A DNA stretch of 63,769 bases, filler included, from Craspedostauros australis (GCA_030167865.1; 7 parts of 7 records of this genome joined end to end with filler, not necessarily neighbours in it), one strand, 5' to 3'; numbered from the whole stretch's first letter, positions 20,866 to 33,891 are shown. Notes: a model not told the origin generated them from the letters alone. A program made the numbers and translations.

Positions 20866-22665
20866 TCTGCAGCATTCTTGGACTTCATGACTTTGATGCC
20901 GATATGGCCAGGAGCATTTGGGATGGTGGAGAAGTAGCTGAACCGAAGGTTCGCAATATCGTCACAGCGACCAATAAGATGGAATTGCAACTTGAAAAAT
21001 GCGGTGAGACTGTACGCAGCGACATCATCGCTGGAGTCAGCGAGCATAGACAGGACCTGTTCAAACTCTTCGAGCTCAAATGGTTCCCTCTCGCTCCCCT
21101 CCTTGCAATCTCCTTTCTTTTCCAGCTTCTTGACTGCATTGATCACATCCCAGACAGGCTGACTGCGGCATGGATTACCAACCTCGTGTCGATTGGACCA
21201 TCTATTTTCCCCATCAATCATGATGCTGGAGATAGCAGAATAGTAGCCCCTCAGTGTTCCAAGCCTCGCATAGGAGGATGAGGCACCAGGAGCAGGATTC
21301 TCTGTTCCAAATGCCTTCTTGCGCAAGAAGTTGGCAATGTGCACAGGACGGACAGCATCGTACTGCTCACGAGTGAAGGGAAGCACTCCCTTCTTGATCT
21401 CCTTGATGTCGTCTCTGGTGAATTGCAGATCGAAGACATATGCCATGAATGCAATCACCTTCGCGTTTTTGCTTTGCTGTGCTGTAGATACAGTATGCAC
21501 AGTGCAAGCAGCTGCAGTAGTCTCAACCGCGGCGCCAGTATTGGCAGTGTTGGGTTCGGCGGCGAGCGTAGCAGCGGGCGCAGTGGTGGGTGCATCAACG
21601 ACCATTGCTCCAGGTCCAGTAGCAGGAACTGCAGTGGGTGGAGCAGGAAGCACCGTGGTGGGCACAGCGGCGGGTGCAGCGACGGGTGCAGCNNNNNNNN
21701 NNNNNNNNNNNNNNNNNNNNNNNNNNNNNNNNNNNNNNNNNNTCTGCAGCATTCTTGGACTTCATGACTTTGATGCCGATATGGCCAGGAGCATTTGGGA
21801 TGGTGGAGAAGTAGCTGAACCGAAGGTTCGCAATATCGTCACAGCGACCAATAAGATGGAATTGCAACTTGAAAAATGCGGTGAGACTGTACGCAGCGAC
21901 ATCATCGCTGGAGTCAGCGAGCATAGACAGGACCTGTTCAAACTCTTCGAGCTCAAATGGTTCCCTCTCGCTCCCCTCCTTGCAATCTCCTTTCTTTTCC
22001 AGCTTCTTGACTGCATTGATCACATCCCAGACAGGCTGACTGCGGCATGGATTACCAACCTCGTGTCGATTGGACCATCTATTTTCCCCATCAATCATGA
22101 TGCTGGAGATAGCAGAATAGTAGCCCCTCAGTGTTCCAAGCCTCGCATAGGAGGATGAGGCACCAGGAGCAGGATTCTCTGTTCCAAATGCCTTCTTGCG
22201 CAAGAAGTTGGCAATGTGCACAGGACGGACAGCATCGTACTGCTCACGAGTGAAGGGAAGCACTCCCTTCTTGATCTCCTTGATGTCGTCTCTGGTGAAT
22301 TGCAGATCAAAGACATATGCCATGAATGCAATCACCTTCGCGTTTTTGCTTTGCTGTGCTGTAGATACAGTATGCACAGTGCAGGCAGCTGCAGTAGTCT
22401 CAACCGCGGCGCCAGTATTGGCAGTGTTGGGTTCGGCGGCGAGTGTAGCAGCGGGCGCAGCGGTGGGTGCATCAACGACCATTGCTCCAGGTCCAGTAGC
22501 AGGAACTGCGGTGGGTGGAGCAGGAAGCACCATGATGGGCACAGCGGCGGGTGCAGCAATGGGAGCTGCGATGGATACAGCGTTGAGCGTAGCAGTGGGC
22601 GGATCAGCAGCAGCCACGACGGAACGCGCAGTTGGATTGGCGGTGGGATTGGCGGTGGTGGTCAT
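20866..22665 (-). CDS. Crypton-like tyrosine recombinase, N-terminal half (present twice through assembly duplication; 3'-truncated)
   Basis: GNPCRS...VINAVKKLE and QFHLIGRCDD (first catalytic Arg), similar to stramenopile Crypton recombinases; no RT visible on the contig. Confidence 0.7.
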
Positions 22666-24018
22666 GCTGGCGATATCAAGCTGGTTGGCAGTATGCAGGG
22701 TGGTATGATGGAGGTGGGAGGATGACTTTCATTGCAAAACAAGGGCACCATGGTGGAGAACATCAAGCATCTGTTGCGCTGCTGTTCCGCTGCTGCTCCG
22801 CTGCTGTTTTTGTTCCGATCGGTCTGTGAGCCAAATTATGTGTCGCGCAAGACGAAGAAAATGCCGATTCAAATCTGGCAAAAAGGGTCCGTCAACGTTT
22901 TCCCCCAAAAGAGAGGGCATCCATTCCCATTCATGCATGCAGCCAACAAGGCCGATGACAACAATAAAGTGTACCACAGCAGTGATTGTCAAATGTTCCG
23001 ATACCTCCATGACGTCATGGGCATGGGCGTCCGTTGTGCCTCCTGCGATTGGGGGACAGCACTGTCGCAGGACGGGGTGCCCTAAAAGAGCAGGCGATTC
23101 CCTGGCCCCTCATTGGCCCATTTCGATTTTGCGAACCGTGTTTTGGGGGACTACTACTTTTGCGAATCATCGAAAACAAATTCAAATCGGATGCTGGCTG
23201 GCGCATTGTTCGTGAATGAAAGACAAACACGACTAACATATCGAGAAAGAAATTGACCAAGTCGATCAATGCACTGCACGTTTGGCCGTCGCGTCACCCA
23301 TCGTGCGAAATACTCCATCGTTACCATACACATGCGGAGCACATGAAGCGCATGATACATGGTAATATGTTAGAGTCTCATTACATTATGCACGGAATGG
23401 TCCCATTATACGTATGTACCATATGTGTAACATCAGAATCGCCTCTGTGCAAAGGTGTGGATTGCCCTGACCTAACAGAAAAACAAGGTGTTGCGACTTG
23501 CTCGTGCCATCCAGTTTCACACCCAGACTATTTCCAAAAGTTGTCTTTGGGACAAAACATCAGCAATCTCTCACACATCTGTTTCATGACCAATAGAGCT
23601 AAACCAGCATGCACTATGCAGAGGACACTATCAGTACCTATGATCCAGTATCCCAAAAACACACATGAACCACATCTCAAACACAGCCATGTGTGGAACA
23701 GACATGAGCTGTTGAAGAGATCTCTGGGACTAAGAACCCAAAGGATTCCAATGATCAGATCATTGAAACCCTTCTACAGGAAAATTGGTGCCAACACAGC
23801 AACAAACCACAAGGAGCAGGAAGGCACTGAAACCAGCACCATGGACCTCCATCATGTTTCCACCTGTCATTAGTATGATCCATTGGCTACTTGTGAACAG
23901 AAGACTCATGTTCAGACAGCTTGCAATCAAGCCTCTACCAACAGAACAAGCAACAGAGACCACAGCCATTGCTGAAAGAGCACTATTGAAAAATCACGAG
24001 GGGAGAGCAAAAGCAAAG

Positions 24019-24090
24019 TACCACGCCAGGATTTGAACCTGGAACCTCAGTGAGAATTGCTGGTGCTCTACTGTTGAGCTACAGGCGTTG
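24019..24090 (-). pseudogene. tRNA-derived sequence (tRNA pseudogene or SINE head)
   Basis: A box TAGCTCAACAGTAGAGC and T arm CCAGG-TTCAAAT-CCTGG; acceptor and anticodon stems are broken. Confidence 0.6.
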
Positions 24091-24639
24091 CGATTGCTGA
24101 ACCGAACACAAGTGAAATTTATAGATAGTGGGGGCTACAGGTGTAACATAATTTGCACTATACATATTTGTGCAGATACTAGTGTCTTTTGGCTTGGGTG
24201 GAGACCAATTTTTTTGGTAACCATTGGTAAAAATTGGTAACTAGTCGTATGAGTCAATTTCGCCGTTGACGCTGGTACATTTTGTACGTCAGTCCCACAC
24301 GAAGAGGCCCAAAAACCACCTTTTCTGCCACAAACCTCCTCGGCAAGTCCATGCCGCTCCGTTTGTTTGGGCTCTCCTTTCGTGAGCACTCTCATGAGTG
24401 GCTTTTGATCACCCTCTCCAACTTTGGTGGCGATTGGTTGGGCAACGGCGGAGATCTGCTCGTTTCTCTGGAGCCGCCACTCGCTTTTTTCATTCACGAA
24501 TTCTCATCAACGCGATGTATCGTGGAGAATTTCGGTGCAACTATGCAGTGATCATCTTGCTTCATCCTGGAGCCATCACTAATGCTCAACATTACAATAC
24601 ATCATACATTCTGTTCATAGTATGTTAATATAGTTAAGT

Positions 24640-26246
24640 TCAGACAGTCAGTCCAGGGTCCTCGGTGCGCTTCAATGCATGTTGCTCAAAGCAATTGCTT
24701 CTGCTGCCATCTTCCCCAACTGGAGAGCAACACCACACTGTTTTATTCGCTGCTGCAAAAGGGCATCCATGGCAGACATACTTGACACTCTTCTTGCATC
24801 TGCAGCACATGCCTCTTTTCTTCCTCCGTCCCATCACTGTCTGCCCCTTGGAGTTTGTGTACGAGTTGGGGATGGAGTCTTCGGTGACTCGAATGCAATG
24901 ATTGCATATTTGGAACTCTGTGTTCCTTTCTTTTGGCTTTGTTGGTGATGGAGCGATCTCTGCACATCTGACTGACTTGTTGCTGGCTGTATCACTTGAT
25001 GCTGCACTGATGCCAACAACAAGTGTTTGGTCACATCTTGCTATGCGGTCTTCCTTGTTTTGTATCATGTCTTCTGCAAGTAGATTGACAAAATCATAAA
25101 GAGGCACCTGCTTGTGCCTGTGGTTTCCCGCCAAGTGATGTCTGTACGCCAGCCATGCATCCACCACAGTTATCCCAAACAACGTCGTCACGAGGCGAAA
25201 GTAGCCATTGTGGGTCCTCCACACCCTCTCAAGACCGAGGGTGTCTTGGCGTGCTTGATTGTGGCTATCCACTTTGCCACAGTCGCGGAAGTATTTCGAT
25301 GCAACTTGTGGTCTTGGAACTTCCCTGGACTCGGCAGTATCTTCATCTGAGATCCACCGGGCGATGTATGGGTTGCCTGGGTTTGCATGACCTGCCCCTT
25401 CCAAAAACACGAACAAGATCACTTTCTTCTTGCAATACTTGTACCCCATTGCATAGTATGCAGTTCTTGTTTCATTGCTGCCATCGCTGCTGTCTTCATC
25501 ATCGCCTTTGCACCGAAGGAGCAACTGCGATCCAGATGGCCAATTCTGCATTGATTTCTCAAGAAAGGCTTTTGGGAAACTGGCATGGTTGTTCTTGACG
25601 ATGCCAATGAAATCAGAATCTGCTTGAGTGGTCAAGGCATGAACTGTCCGATAGGAACCGAACCAGGCATCACCAAGGAAAATGCTCTTTGGAAGGTGTG
25701 GTGGATGGTAGTGAAGGTTCTGCTCTCCCATTCTGCTGGTGGCCATTGCCATGCGAAGGGTGCAGGCAACATGTGCTCGCTTCACAGTATCAAGATACTT
25801 TGCGTTCTCCATTCCCTTCTTGCCTCTCTGTATCTCCAGATGCAGCATGATGCCAGTTGCACCATCAGCCACCGACTTGAACTCAGTACCTAAGGGCTCT
25901 GGCTTGCGACTGACGAATGTTAGGTGCGGCAGGTTCCCATTTTTCTTTGCTTGAGGCTGAAAAGCACTCATCGATTCGTCAAGTACTTTGATGTGACTTG
26001 GTATGACAACTTCGGAGCGGCGGCGGTTGAATGCCTCGACGCCTGCCTGAATTTGCCACCATGGATCCTTGCCCCTCCTTGATTCATCCGCAAATATCAT
26101 CGGCATCAGAATTTCGCGGAGTTGGCGGAAGCGTCCTTTGGACATGTAGTTTGAGATGTTCGTAGTCTGCAGGAGCCCTTCCTGTTGCCCCTGGCCCCAA
26201 AGGTTGCAGGTGTTGTGTAGCTTTCCCAGAAGCATGATGCCAAAGA
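24640..26246 (-). CDS. piggyBac-family transposase (DDE_Tnp_1_7), 5'-truncated
   Basis: LDESM, RKPEPLG, GDAWFGS, VDSHNQARQ; C-terminal Cys-rich finger. Confidence 0.9.
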
Positions 26247-26378
26247 NNNNNNNNNNNNNNNNNNNNNNNNNNNNNNNNNNNNNNNNNNNNTTAATTAATT
26301 AANNNNNNNNNNNNNNNNNNNNNNNNNNNNNNNNNNNNNNNNNNNNTATTATATGATACTATATGATATAATATTATG

Positions 26379-26690
26379 TTGTGTCATATTCGCAAGTGTT
26401 GCTATTGCCATGAACGTGGAAGTGGATGTGTAGGGATGCCACCACCAACACCGTGCTGTTTGACATCCCACGCACAAAGGGGAAACGCACACCAGAGCCA
26501 AACCATCGACAACACAAGGAATGAACGTAACACTGAACCTTTCACAACATCACCATCGAGGCGGCTGGATACCATCTCAGTCTGGCATCGACCGTCGATG
26601 ACGTCACCATTTTCGTCCACGGTGAGGACAAGCCAGCCATGTATTTGTGTCGTAGANGCTAGCTAAATATATCTAACCCTANTNGACAAC
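26379..26690. repeat. Dispersed repeat; uninterrupted paralog of 45493-45644 plus 47095-47240
   Basis: Shared blocks GGGATGCCACCACCAAC, CACGCACAAAGG, CACAACATCACC, CATTTTCGTCCACG, GCTAGCTAAA. Confidence 0.75.
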
Positions 26691-26773
26691 ACGAAAAATT
26701 GATGTCTAAAAATATCACGTTTCAGTATCTCAAATCCGCAGAATAATACTCGACTTCGCTGAATGGGGCCCTA

Positions 26774-27474
26774 CGTAGCATGCGTCCGGACGCAAATTGA
26801 ACGCTCAGTTTGCGTCCCGACACAAATTGGGCCAATTTGCGTCCGGACGCAAATGTAAGGTCGCCGAAAATACCACTTGTACTACTTAAGTCCCATGTTT
26901 CTCCACNNNNNNNNNNNNNNNNNNNNNNNNNNNNNNNNNNNNNNNNNNNNNNNNNNNNNNNNNNNNNNNNNNNNNNNNNNNNNNNNNNNNNNNNNNNNNN
27001 NNNNNNNNNNNNNNNNNNNNNNNNNNNNNNNNNNNNNNNNNNNNNNNNNNNNNNNNNNNNNNNNNNNNNNNNNNNNNNNNNNNNGGTTCCTTTCCGTGCG
27101 CCTGTCTTGCTTTTCTGACGTCATGGGATCTAAGGTAATGATTTTTTACTTTTTGATTTCGATGTCATCCACCACGCTCCTGACAACAACACCAAAATCC
27201 TGGCAAGGGTGTAACACAACAAGGAGGGTGGACCACGAATCATGATTATTGTTTGTTCAATTACCGCAACTTTAGCGATTATTATCGATGTAAGACATGA
27301 GTCATGTCGTGAGTCGAGATGGCCAGCGAAAAAGGGTTTGAAAAAAAAAACGGCTTCTCGTAAAGCGTATTTGGGCTAGTCCTTTGAGTCGCCGATTGCG
27401 TCCGGACGCAAATTGGCCCAATTTGCGTGGGGACGCAAACTGCACCTCCAATTTGCGTCCGGACGCAAGGTACG
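26774..27474. mobile_element. MITE with ~80-bp imperfect TIRs built from TTGCGTCCGGACGCAA palindromes, flanked by TA
   Basis: About 26774-26852 versus reverse complement of about 27396-27474; TA at 26772-73 and 27475-76. Confidence 0.8.
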
Positions 27475-28734
27475 TAGGCCAGTACCAGGCCAAAATCATT
27501 AGGGATATGTACCTTTAGTCTTACCTGTTCCATATTTTTGTTATGTCTGTGCTGTCCACTGTTACACAGTGGTGCGCGGCATTCCTTCGCTTTCTTTCTT
27601 CCGCACCCCTGCTCACGTCACACACCAGCCTTGCGAACAAATAAAATACGCGAACATCAACAACGAATTGTCGCGTCATATTGGACTTTATGTATTTCTC
27701 CATGTAGTTATGTCATTGGTGTTGGCGGTTATTCGCGGATGTGGATGCATGCAGCGTTTCATGAAAGAGAATTCGGAGACTCGCAATGGTGCCGGTTGTC
27801 TTTTCCTGCATACAGAACGGAGTTCGCACGTTCTGCCGGTTTGCTTGAAGAAACTCCGTCTGCAACAACACAACATATTTGCGTAGACTACCGGTTGCCT
27901 AGAGGCTAGAGAGAGATAGTATACCTGGAGATTGCCGCTGTACAGCCACAAGTACACGTAACTACGAGTACACGTATCTATTATCTGCGCAAGCAACACT
28001 CTATATCACGAGCACAGACACACTCACATGCTTAGACCAAACGTCCAAGCACCACGACCAAAGTCTATCCGAAGGGATGCGTAGCGCTCGATTCTCTTTC
28101 ATGGATTTTAACTTCGTTCATGTCACCCCTTCTTGAGACGTCAAGGCTCTCGTCGCTCACCCTCTTGACTGCGCAATGCGATAATAACATCCTCGTACTC
28201 GCAATGCGATAATAACATCCTCGTACTCGCAATGCGCGCCACCTATGGACGAGCGCGACCAGAGCCCGAGGACTGCGGAGAGTATTACTTTCGGCGGTTG
28301 CGTCCATGAAGTAATCATTTGGTTGGAAAAAGTCCGGTGTGCCACACGTTCACGTTGCGTCTGCATCTGCGCCACGCGAGTTACTCGTGCGACTGCGAGC
28401 TAATGGTCCACTCTTGCTACCACGACCACGACCTGCGCAGTTTGTGGGTTTTGTGACGCGCGTGCCGCATTGTGTGCACGAATTCACAAAGCCCAAAAAC
28501 TCCACAGAGAGAGAGAGAGAAAAAGTGATGATGGGAAACTGCATGACGAGTGGTGTCAACTGTCGCAAAGGACCCCACCGGATAAAATCTGTTGCGTGTG
28601 TGTCCAACTATCACGCGTCGCCACCACACGACCACACAATTTGCATAAAAACTGCGAAACAGAAACCGCACATCCGATTCGATCATAAAAACAAGCCAGA
28701 GCAACAGCAGCAACAACATCAACAACAAGCCAAG

Positions 28735-29538
28735 ATGATCACAATCGCAACACCAGCCGCAGAGCAGACCCACTCGCATCCACAGAACGAGTCACACGCA
28801 GTCTCCGCAACAGTCCCACAGCACACCATGACGAACATCACAGTGAAGAACAACAACGACGAAGACACCGTTCACGTCGAGCAAGCCCTGGAGCAGATCA
28901 GCGGCCTGCAGCAATCGATGGAGCGCATGATCCGAAGGAGCGGTTCCGTTTCGGATTCCAACATCACGACTGCCACCATCATGCTCCAGATCGCCAGCCT
29001 GTACGAAACCATCGACATGAAGGAGGAGTCGCAGCTGTACTACCAGCAGGGCGTGGACACGTTGGACTACCTTTCGCGCATCCACGCACAGTGCGGACAG
29101 TTCGAGGATGCACGATACCTCCTCGAGCAGTCGCTGGGCGTCAAGCAGCGACACATGTACAACATGGACGCGATGAACTTCGACCTGGCCCAGACCATCT
29201 CCTCCATGTCACGCCTCAGCATGAGTCTTGGAGACCAACGCAGAGCGAGCATGGAGTCCAACGCAGCATTGCAGATGGAGCGCAGCCTTCTGGTGGAATT
29301 CGATGACAACAGCCGCGAGAGTTACGATCAGCGACCCACCGAGCCGCAGCAGCCGTCCGTCTCCTCAACGCCCAAAAGCACGCACGAGCCGTCGCCGGTG
29401 ACTTCTCGTAAGTCCATGACGGAGCAGCAGGAGAAGAAAGACACCAAGCGCAAGAGCAAGGGCAAGTTGCGACCCTCGGAACGACCAAGCCTGGTCGGTC
29501 TCGTCATTGAGGTCCGTCACGACGAAGCCTGGTTCTGA
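28735..29538 (+). CDS. TPR-like helical repeat protein
   Basis: TLDYLSRIHAQCGQFEDARYLLEQSL and LAQTISSMSRLSMSLGD; start chosen after a CAA-rich leader. Confidence 0.6.
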   Translation: MITIATPAAEQTHSHPQNESHAVSATVPQHTMTNITVKNNNDEDTVHVEQALEQISGLQQSMERMIRRSGSVSDSNITTATIMLQIASLYETIDMKEESQLYYQQGVDTLDYLSRIHAQCGQFEDARYLLEQSLGVKQRHMYNMDAMNFDLAQTISSMSRLSMSLGDQRRASMESNAALQMERSLLVEFDDNSRESYDQRPTEPQQPSVSSTPKSTHEPSPVTSRKSMTEQQEKKDTKRKSKGKLRPSERPSLVGLVIEVRHDEAWF

Positions 29539-31680
29539 ACAATGCAAGACGCAGCACAACGCGGCCGCTACTGCATGACTGAGAAAACGAAACACGCTTG
29601 GCAGAATAGCAACAATTTTGAAATCATAACCCCCCATCAAAATCATACAACTTGTATTATATTTGGACAGACATAGAGTACTCTATCACACGCGCACTAC
29701 CCATGGCATACTTGAACTCCTGATTCGCCAAGTGCAGCATTCTGTGCTCGTTTGTCGTCGCATACGTGCCATTGCATCGCAACTTGTTCCAGTGCGCATT
29801 GCTGTGCATAGTTGGCAACTCTTGGGAGCATTGTTCCGGTCACCAGAATCCGTGCCAAACTCGTTGCTGTTGTTCCGGTGACATCAACAGTGTCGACCAT
29901 CGACGTATGAGCATGGTGCACTACGCAATGACCTCGATGCTACGACTACCTGGCGTGCGGTACGTGCGTACGAATCTCAACGGGTTTCCACAAGTTAGCA
30001 CTCCTTGTGTGTGTTTACGCGTAAGAACCACACATCCACACATCCACTCACAATCGTTGAATGCGATGGAAATGCACGTATCGCACTCGCACTCGCACTC
30101 GAACCAGACAAATAGACGCGCACGTACCGTTCTGGACGCACATGTACCATACCAGCGTGTACACACGCATGTCCATGCAGACGTTCCAGCATAATCGTAG
30201 AGTAGGCTACCACGTGGTGGTATTTATTGCGCATTTGTACTTGGTTGTGCGCACAGTTGCGACTTCGTCATGGCCTATCACCAAGGGAGAAGAAAGGCTT
30301 CCTGCTTGCATCATGCATCATGCATTCGACTCCGCGTTGACAAACCTAGTTGACTTCATACTCACGGCACACCGTTGAGAGTCAGCGGTTTCTCGTAGCT
30401 CGCACTACACTGTACATACTCGTGCATGGAGCGGGTATCACCATGGGATCGCCATCGCGATCATTTCATCCCTGGCGGCACTGTGCCATCGCGTTGTTTG
30501 GTGCCTGTGGACGTTGTGCAGGAACCGAGAAATCGAGAAGGCCATCATTGTCTCCTCGCCATGCAAGCATTCCGATTCGCGAGGAGTTTCACGTCACCAT
30601 CCTGCGCTGCACCAACATCGCAACGAACCAGCCAGGTTCTCGGCTTCGGATACTGTTTTGGTTTTCCCAAGTCGATTCACACAAAACGTGAAGACAGCTT
30701 CACTGTTGCGCAGCCCATTCCATTGTTGCGCATCGCACTTCGCGACATCTATGGCTCCTCTATCAAGTGTTCTGTCCACATGAGTGCTTGCCCATGGTTT
30801 CTCCTCCGCCTCCTGCTCCAGCACGTGATACCCCAATCCGTCTCTGTCGACTCTCTGTGCGGTCTGCGCGTCTTTGTGTGACGATGGACCACCATCTCTC
30901 TGCAAAGTCGCCACCAAGGTGAACAGTTTTCTTTTTGGTTCTGCGTTCTCTTTTCTCATTTATCAACTCGTTCTTCGGACATGTCCTAGGATACACGTCT
31001 GCAACCAGTGAATGACAATTCCCGCACGATTTGAAGTCTGGCCTTCGACCGACTTGATGACGTCATTACTGAAGTCATCATCTGAATTGGGTGTTCCTTC
31101 GAATTCTTCAGCGACTTCAGCGTGTTCCGTCGAAGCGTTATTGAAACACGAATGGTGCAGGACTCAAAAACTATATCCATAGACTGAATATTATCCCGCC
31201 TCCACCGTGACAACGACAAGTAAAGCGGTAAAACACACCAAAAACAACACGAGCAACTGTGAAGATGCAGCTGGATGGCGTTCATAAATTGAGCTTGCGT
31301 TTCTCTCATAATTTCCACTTCGGTGAGTTTGACACGGATACAGCCTTCACACAACAAACTGTTTCTCTTGTGTGTTTGGGAACATGTTTCCTTGCGTTTT
31401 CTCCGCACTGCGTCACGCTCAATCTGTCGCTATGAATTGTCGACCATGGCCATTTTGCGCCCGTTGTTTGTTGCGTCACTTTTTTCTGACACTCGTTCAT
31501 GCCAAAAATATTTGATTCTATTGCATTGTTACATGCACTGCGTGTTATTCTGCTCTGTTTCCAACTTCGCACAACACAACGCACGACGTCGTGATGCTGT
31601 TCTTCCATTCTCAACAACGCAGAAAGCACAAGTTTCCTGAGACGAATTCACCCACCAACCTGCGCGAACGATCCAACATC

Positions 31681-32496
31681 ATGACTGCCGCACCCAAAGA
31701 CGACGACCCGATCGCGCCCATGATCATCCAGTCCTTGAACGACAAGACGTACGCGCTGAGCGCCGACCAAACTGCAAAACCCAAATCCGCCCTCGAGCGC
31801 GTCAAATCAACCATCACCTTCATGATCATGGCGCCCATCTTCGTGCCGGTCCTCGTGACGTTGTCGATCGGATTGCTGTCGCCGCTGCGCGATCGCATCC
31901 TGAGCTTTTGGATTCCCATGATGATGAACAACGTGGCCAAATGCTTCGCCAAGGAACGCAAGACGCTGCTGGAAGACGTGCGCGGACGCGTGCTGGACTT
32001 TGGCTCGGGCGGTGGGGCGTATCTCGATCACTGTCGCCATGCCGATGCCGTCGTCGCGATGGAACCCGTGGTGAAGATGCATGCCGTGATTCGCGATCGC
32101 GCGGCGGCCAATCAGATTCGCGATCTGACCATCGTGTCGTCGCTGCAGGAGATCCTGGATGACGGCAAGAAGTCGTTCGATTGGATCATTCTTGGCAACG
32201 TGCTGTGCGAGGTGGAGGACGTGTCGGAGACGCTGGAGCAGCTCAACACGCTGCTGAAGGATGGCGCGATGGTGTACTTCTCCGAGCACGTGGCATGCGA
32301 ACGAGGCACGAAGACCCGCATGGTGCAGAACGCCGTGAACCCGCTGTGGAATCACATCGTGGGCGGCTGCAACTGCAACCGCGATTCGTTGGAGCTCATC
32401 CTGAAGGTGCACGGATGGGAGGTGATCTCGTGGACCTACCACAAGATCACAGTCGTCGGTGGGCCGTTCAAGGTCGGTCTCGCCTACAAGAAGTAG
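31681..32496 (+). CDS. METTL7-like SAM-dependent methyltransferase
   Basis: VLDFGSGGG, AMEP, VLCEV, FSEHV, GGCNCNRD. Confidence 0.85.
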   Translation: MTAAPKDDDPIAPMIIQSLNDKTYALSADQTAKPKSALERVKSTITFMIMAPIFVPVLVTLSIGLLSPLRDRILSFWIPMMMNNVAKCFAKERKTLLEDVRGRVLDFGSGGGAYLDHCRHADAVVAMEPVVKMHAVIRDRAAANQIRDLTIVSSLQEILDDGKKSFDWIILGNVLCEVEDVSETLEQLNTLLKDGAMVYFSEHVACERGTKTRMVQNAVNPLWNHIVGGCNCNRDSLELILKVHGWEVISWTYHKITVVGGPFKVGLAYKK

Positions 32497-32736
32497 AGCA
32501 GACGGCTGGCTGCGTCGTGTTGCGTTGTGTTGGTTCGGTGGTGATGGTTGTGGTTGTGTCTATCCTTCGTTCCCAGTTGGATGATGATGCAGAGGCACGT
32601 GATAAGAAGCTAATCTGTACTCTGCTGGGTTTGTACACATGAAAGAATGTATCGTAGTACTCATTTGGTATGATAACGCAGCTCTCTACTTGATTCCTCC
32701 GAGTAGCATACCGGTGTATGTCCAGGGCATTTGGGT

Positions 32737-33891
32737 TTAGCGTTTCGTTTCCAACGACTTCTCCCACTGATCTTGCACGAGCTTGAAGACCTCCATCGTG
32801 GCGCGCGCATCATCGACGGAATCGTGCGATCCTTCCTGAAAGCCTTCCATACCGGATAGATTCTCCTTGACGATATCGCGCAACTTGCGCGGGCGCCATT
32901 TGTGGTTGGCATAGCGCTGAAAGGGTCGATACTTGGCCGTGTCGCGGATCATGTTCTTGGGATGGTGCAGCATGAGGGCCTTGAGATCGTTGCTGAGGGC
33001 ATGCCCCACGAGAACCTTGCCGCGCAGGATGTTGGCGACGAGATCGCGGCACTTGGCCTCGGGCATGGCGTCACGGATCTTGGCGGGCGTGATGCCGCTG
33101 ACGTAGGTCCTAAAGTCCGTGACGCGCGTGGGGACCTGCACGAAGGTGTCGAGCGTGACGGTGCCGTCCCATTCGACGATGGAGACGCGGGCCAAGGCGC
33201 TCTTCTTGCCGTCGATGCCGATGCCCACCATCTCGCAATCGAGGGCCCGGTAGAGGAGCTTGACGTCGTCGGGCACGCGTCGTTCGCGCTTTTCGGTGGC
33301 GGCCTGTTGCTGCCGTCTCGCCTTTTCGAGGGTCTCCTGGTCCTTCTTTTGCTGCAGCAGCTCCTTGATGGAGGGGTACTTCTTGCTGCCGTCCTGATTC
33401 CTCCTGTGCTTCTTCGTCTTGTGCTGTGGTTGCTGTGGCTGTGGTTGCTGTGGCTGTGACTGCGGCTTGTCGAACGTCTTTTCATCGACAAAGTCCACCT
33501 CCATGCCATTGCCTTCATTCGCAGCATCACTCGCAGCAACATGGTCTGCATCATTGTCAGCAGACGACTGCGACGATTGCTTGATCTGCCGCCGAACCTT
33601 CTTGCGAAAGCTCTTGACATCCTTGCTGCTGAGATTGGATGGCACGCGAATCTGAATGCTGCCGTTTCCAGCCTTGCGAGTCTGCACCGTGAGCTTGTCA
33701 GATCCATCCAGACCGGCGATCTCAATCGTGCCGTGAGGCGTCTGCGGCTCCGCCTCATCGAGACGACGCTTCTCACCGCTGCTGCTGGACTTGGCGTCAT
33801 CGCAGGCCGATGGTTCCGAATGCTTCACCTTCTTGCGGCGTTTGCGCATCAGCGCCTTCTGCTTCTTCGTGAAGAATTTATTCACAGCCAT
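32737..33891 (-). CDS. REX4: RNA exonuclease 4 (DEDDh)
   Basis: ALDCEMVG, LARVSIV, DFRTYVSGI, LVGHALSND, RDTA, HDSVDDARA; basic N-terminus. Confidence 0.9.
   Translation of the reverse strand: MAVNKFFTKKQKALMRKRRKKVKHSEPSACDDAKSSSSGEKRRLDEAEPQTPHGTIEIAGLDGSDKLTVQTRKAGNGSIQIRVPSNLSSKDVKSFRKKVRRQIKQSSQSSADNDADHVAASDAANEGNGMEVDFVDEKTFDKPQSQPQQPQPQQPQHKTKKHRRNQDGSKKYPSIKELLQQKKDQETLEKARRQQQAATEKRERRVPDDVKLLYRALDCEMVGIGIDGKKSALARVSIVEWDGTVTLDTFVQVPTRVTDFRTYVSGITPAKIRDAMPEAKCRDLVANILRGKVLVGHALSNDLKALMLHHPKNMIRDTAKYRPFQRYANHKWRPRKLRDIVKENLSGMEGFQEGSHDSVDDARATMEVFKLVQDQWEKSLETKR

Noticed and set aside
20866..22570. Apparent tandem duplication of the Crypton gene; similar duplications at about 19363-19686, 58930-59125, 60310-61027 and 62911-63298
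   Set aside because: Each flanks a ~50-N gap with near-identical sequence, consistent with unmerged overlaps or haplotypes.
24019..24090. Functional tRNA gene
   Set aside because: Acceptor and anticodon stems do not pair.
28172..28236. 28-bp tandem repeat (about 2.3 copies); also a 25-bp direct repeat near 44116/44151 and microsatellites near 3785 and 37280
   Set aside because: Simple local duplications with no further structure.
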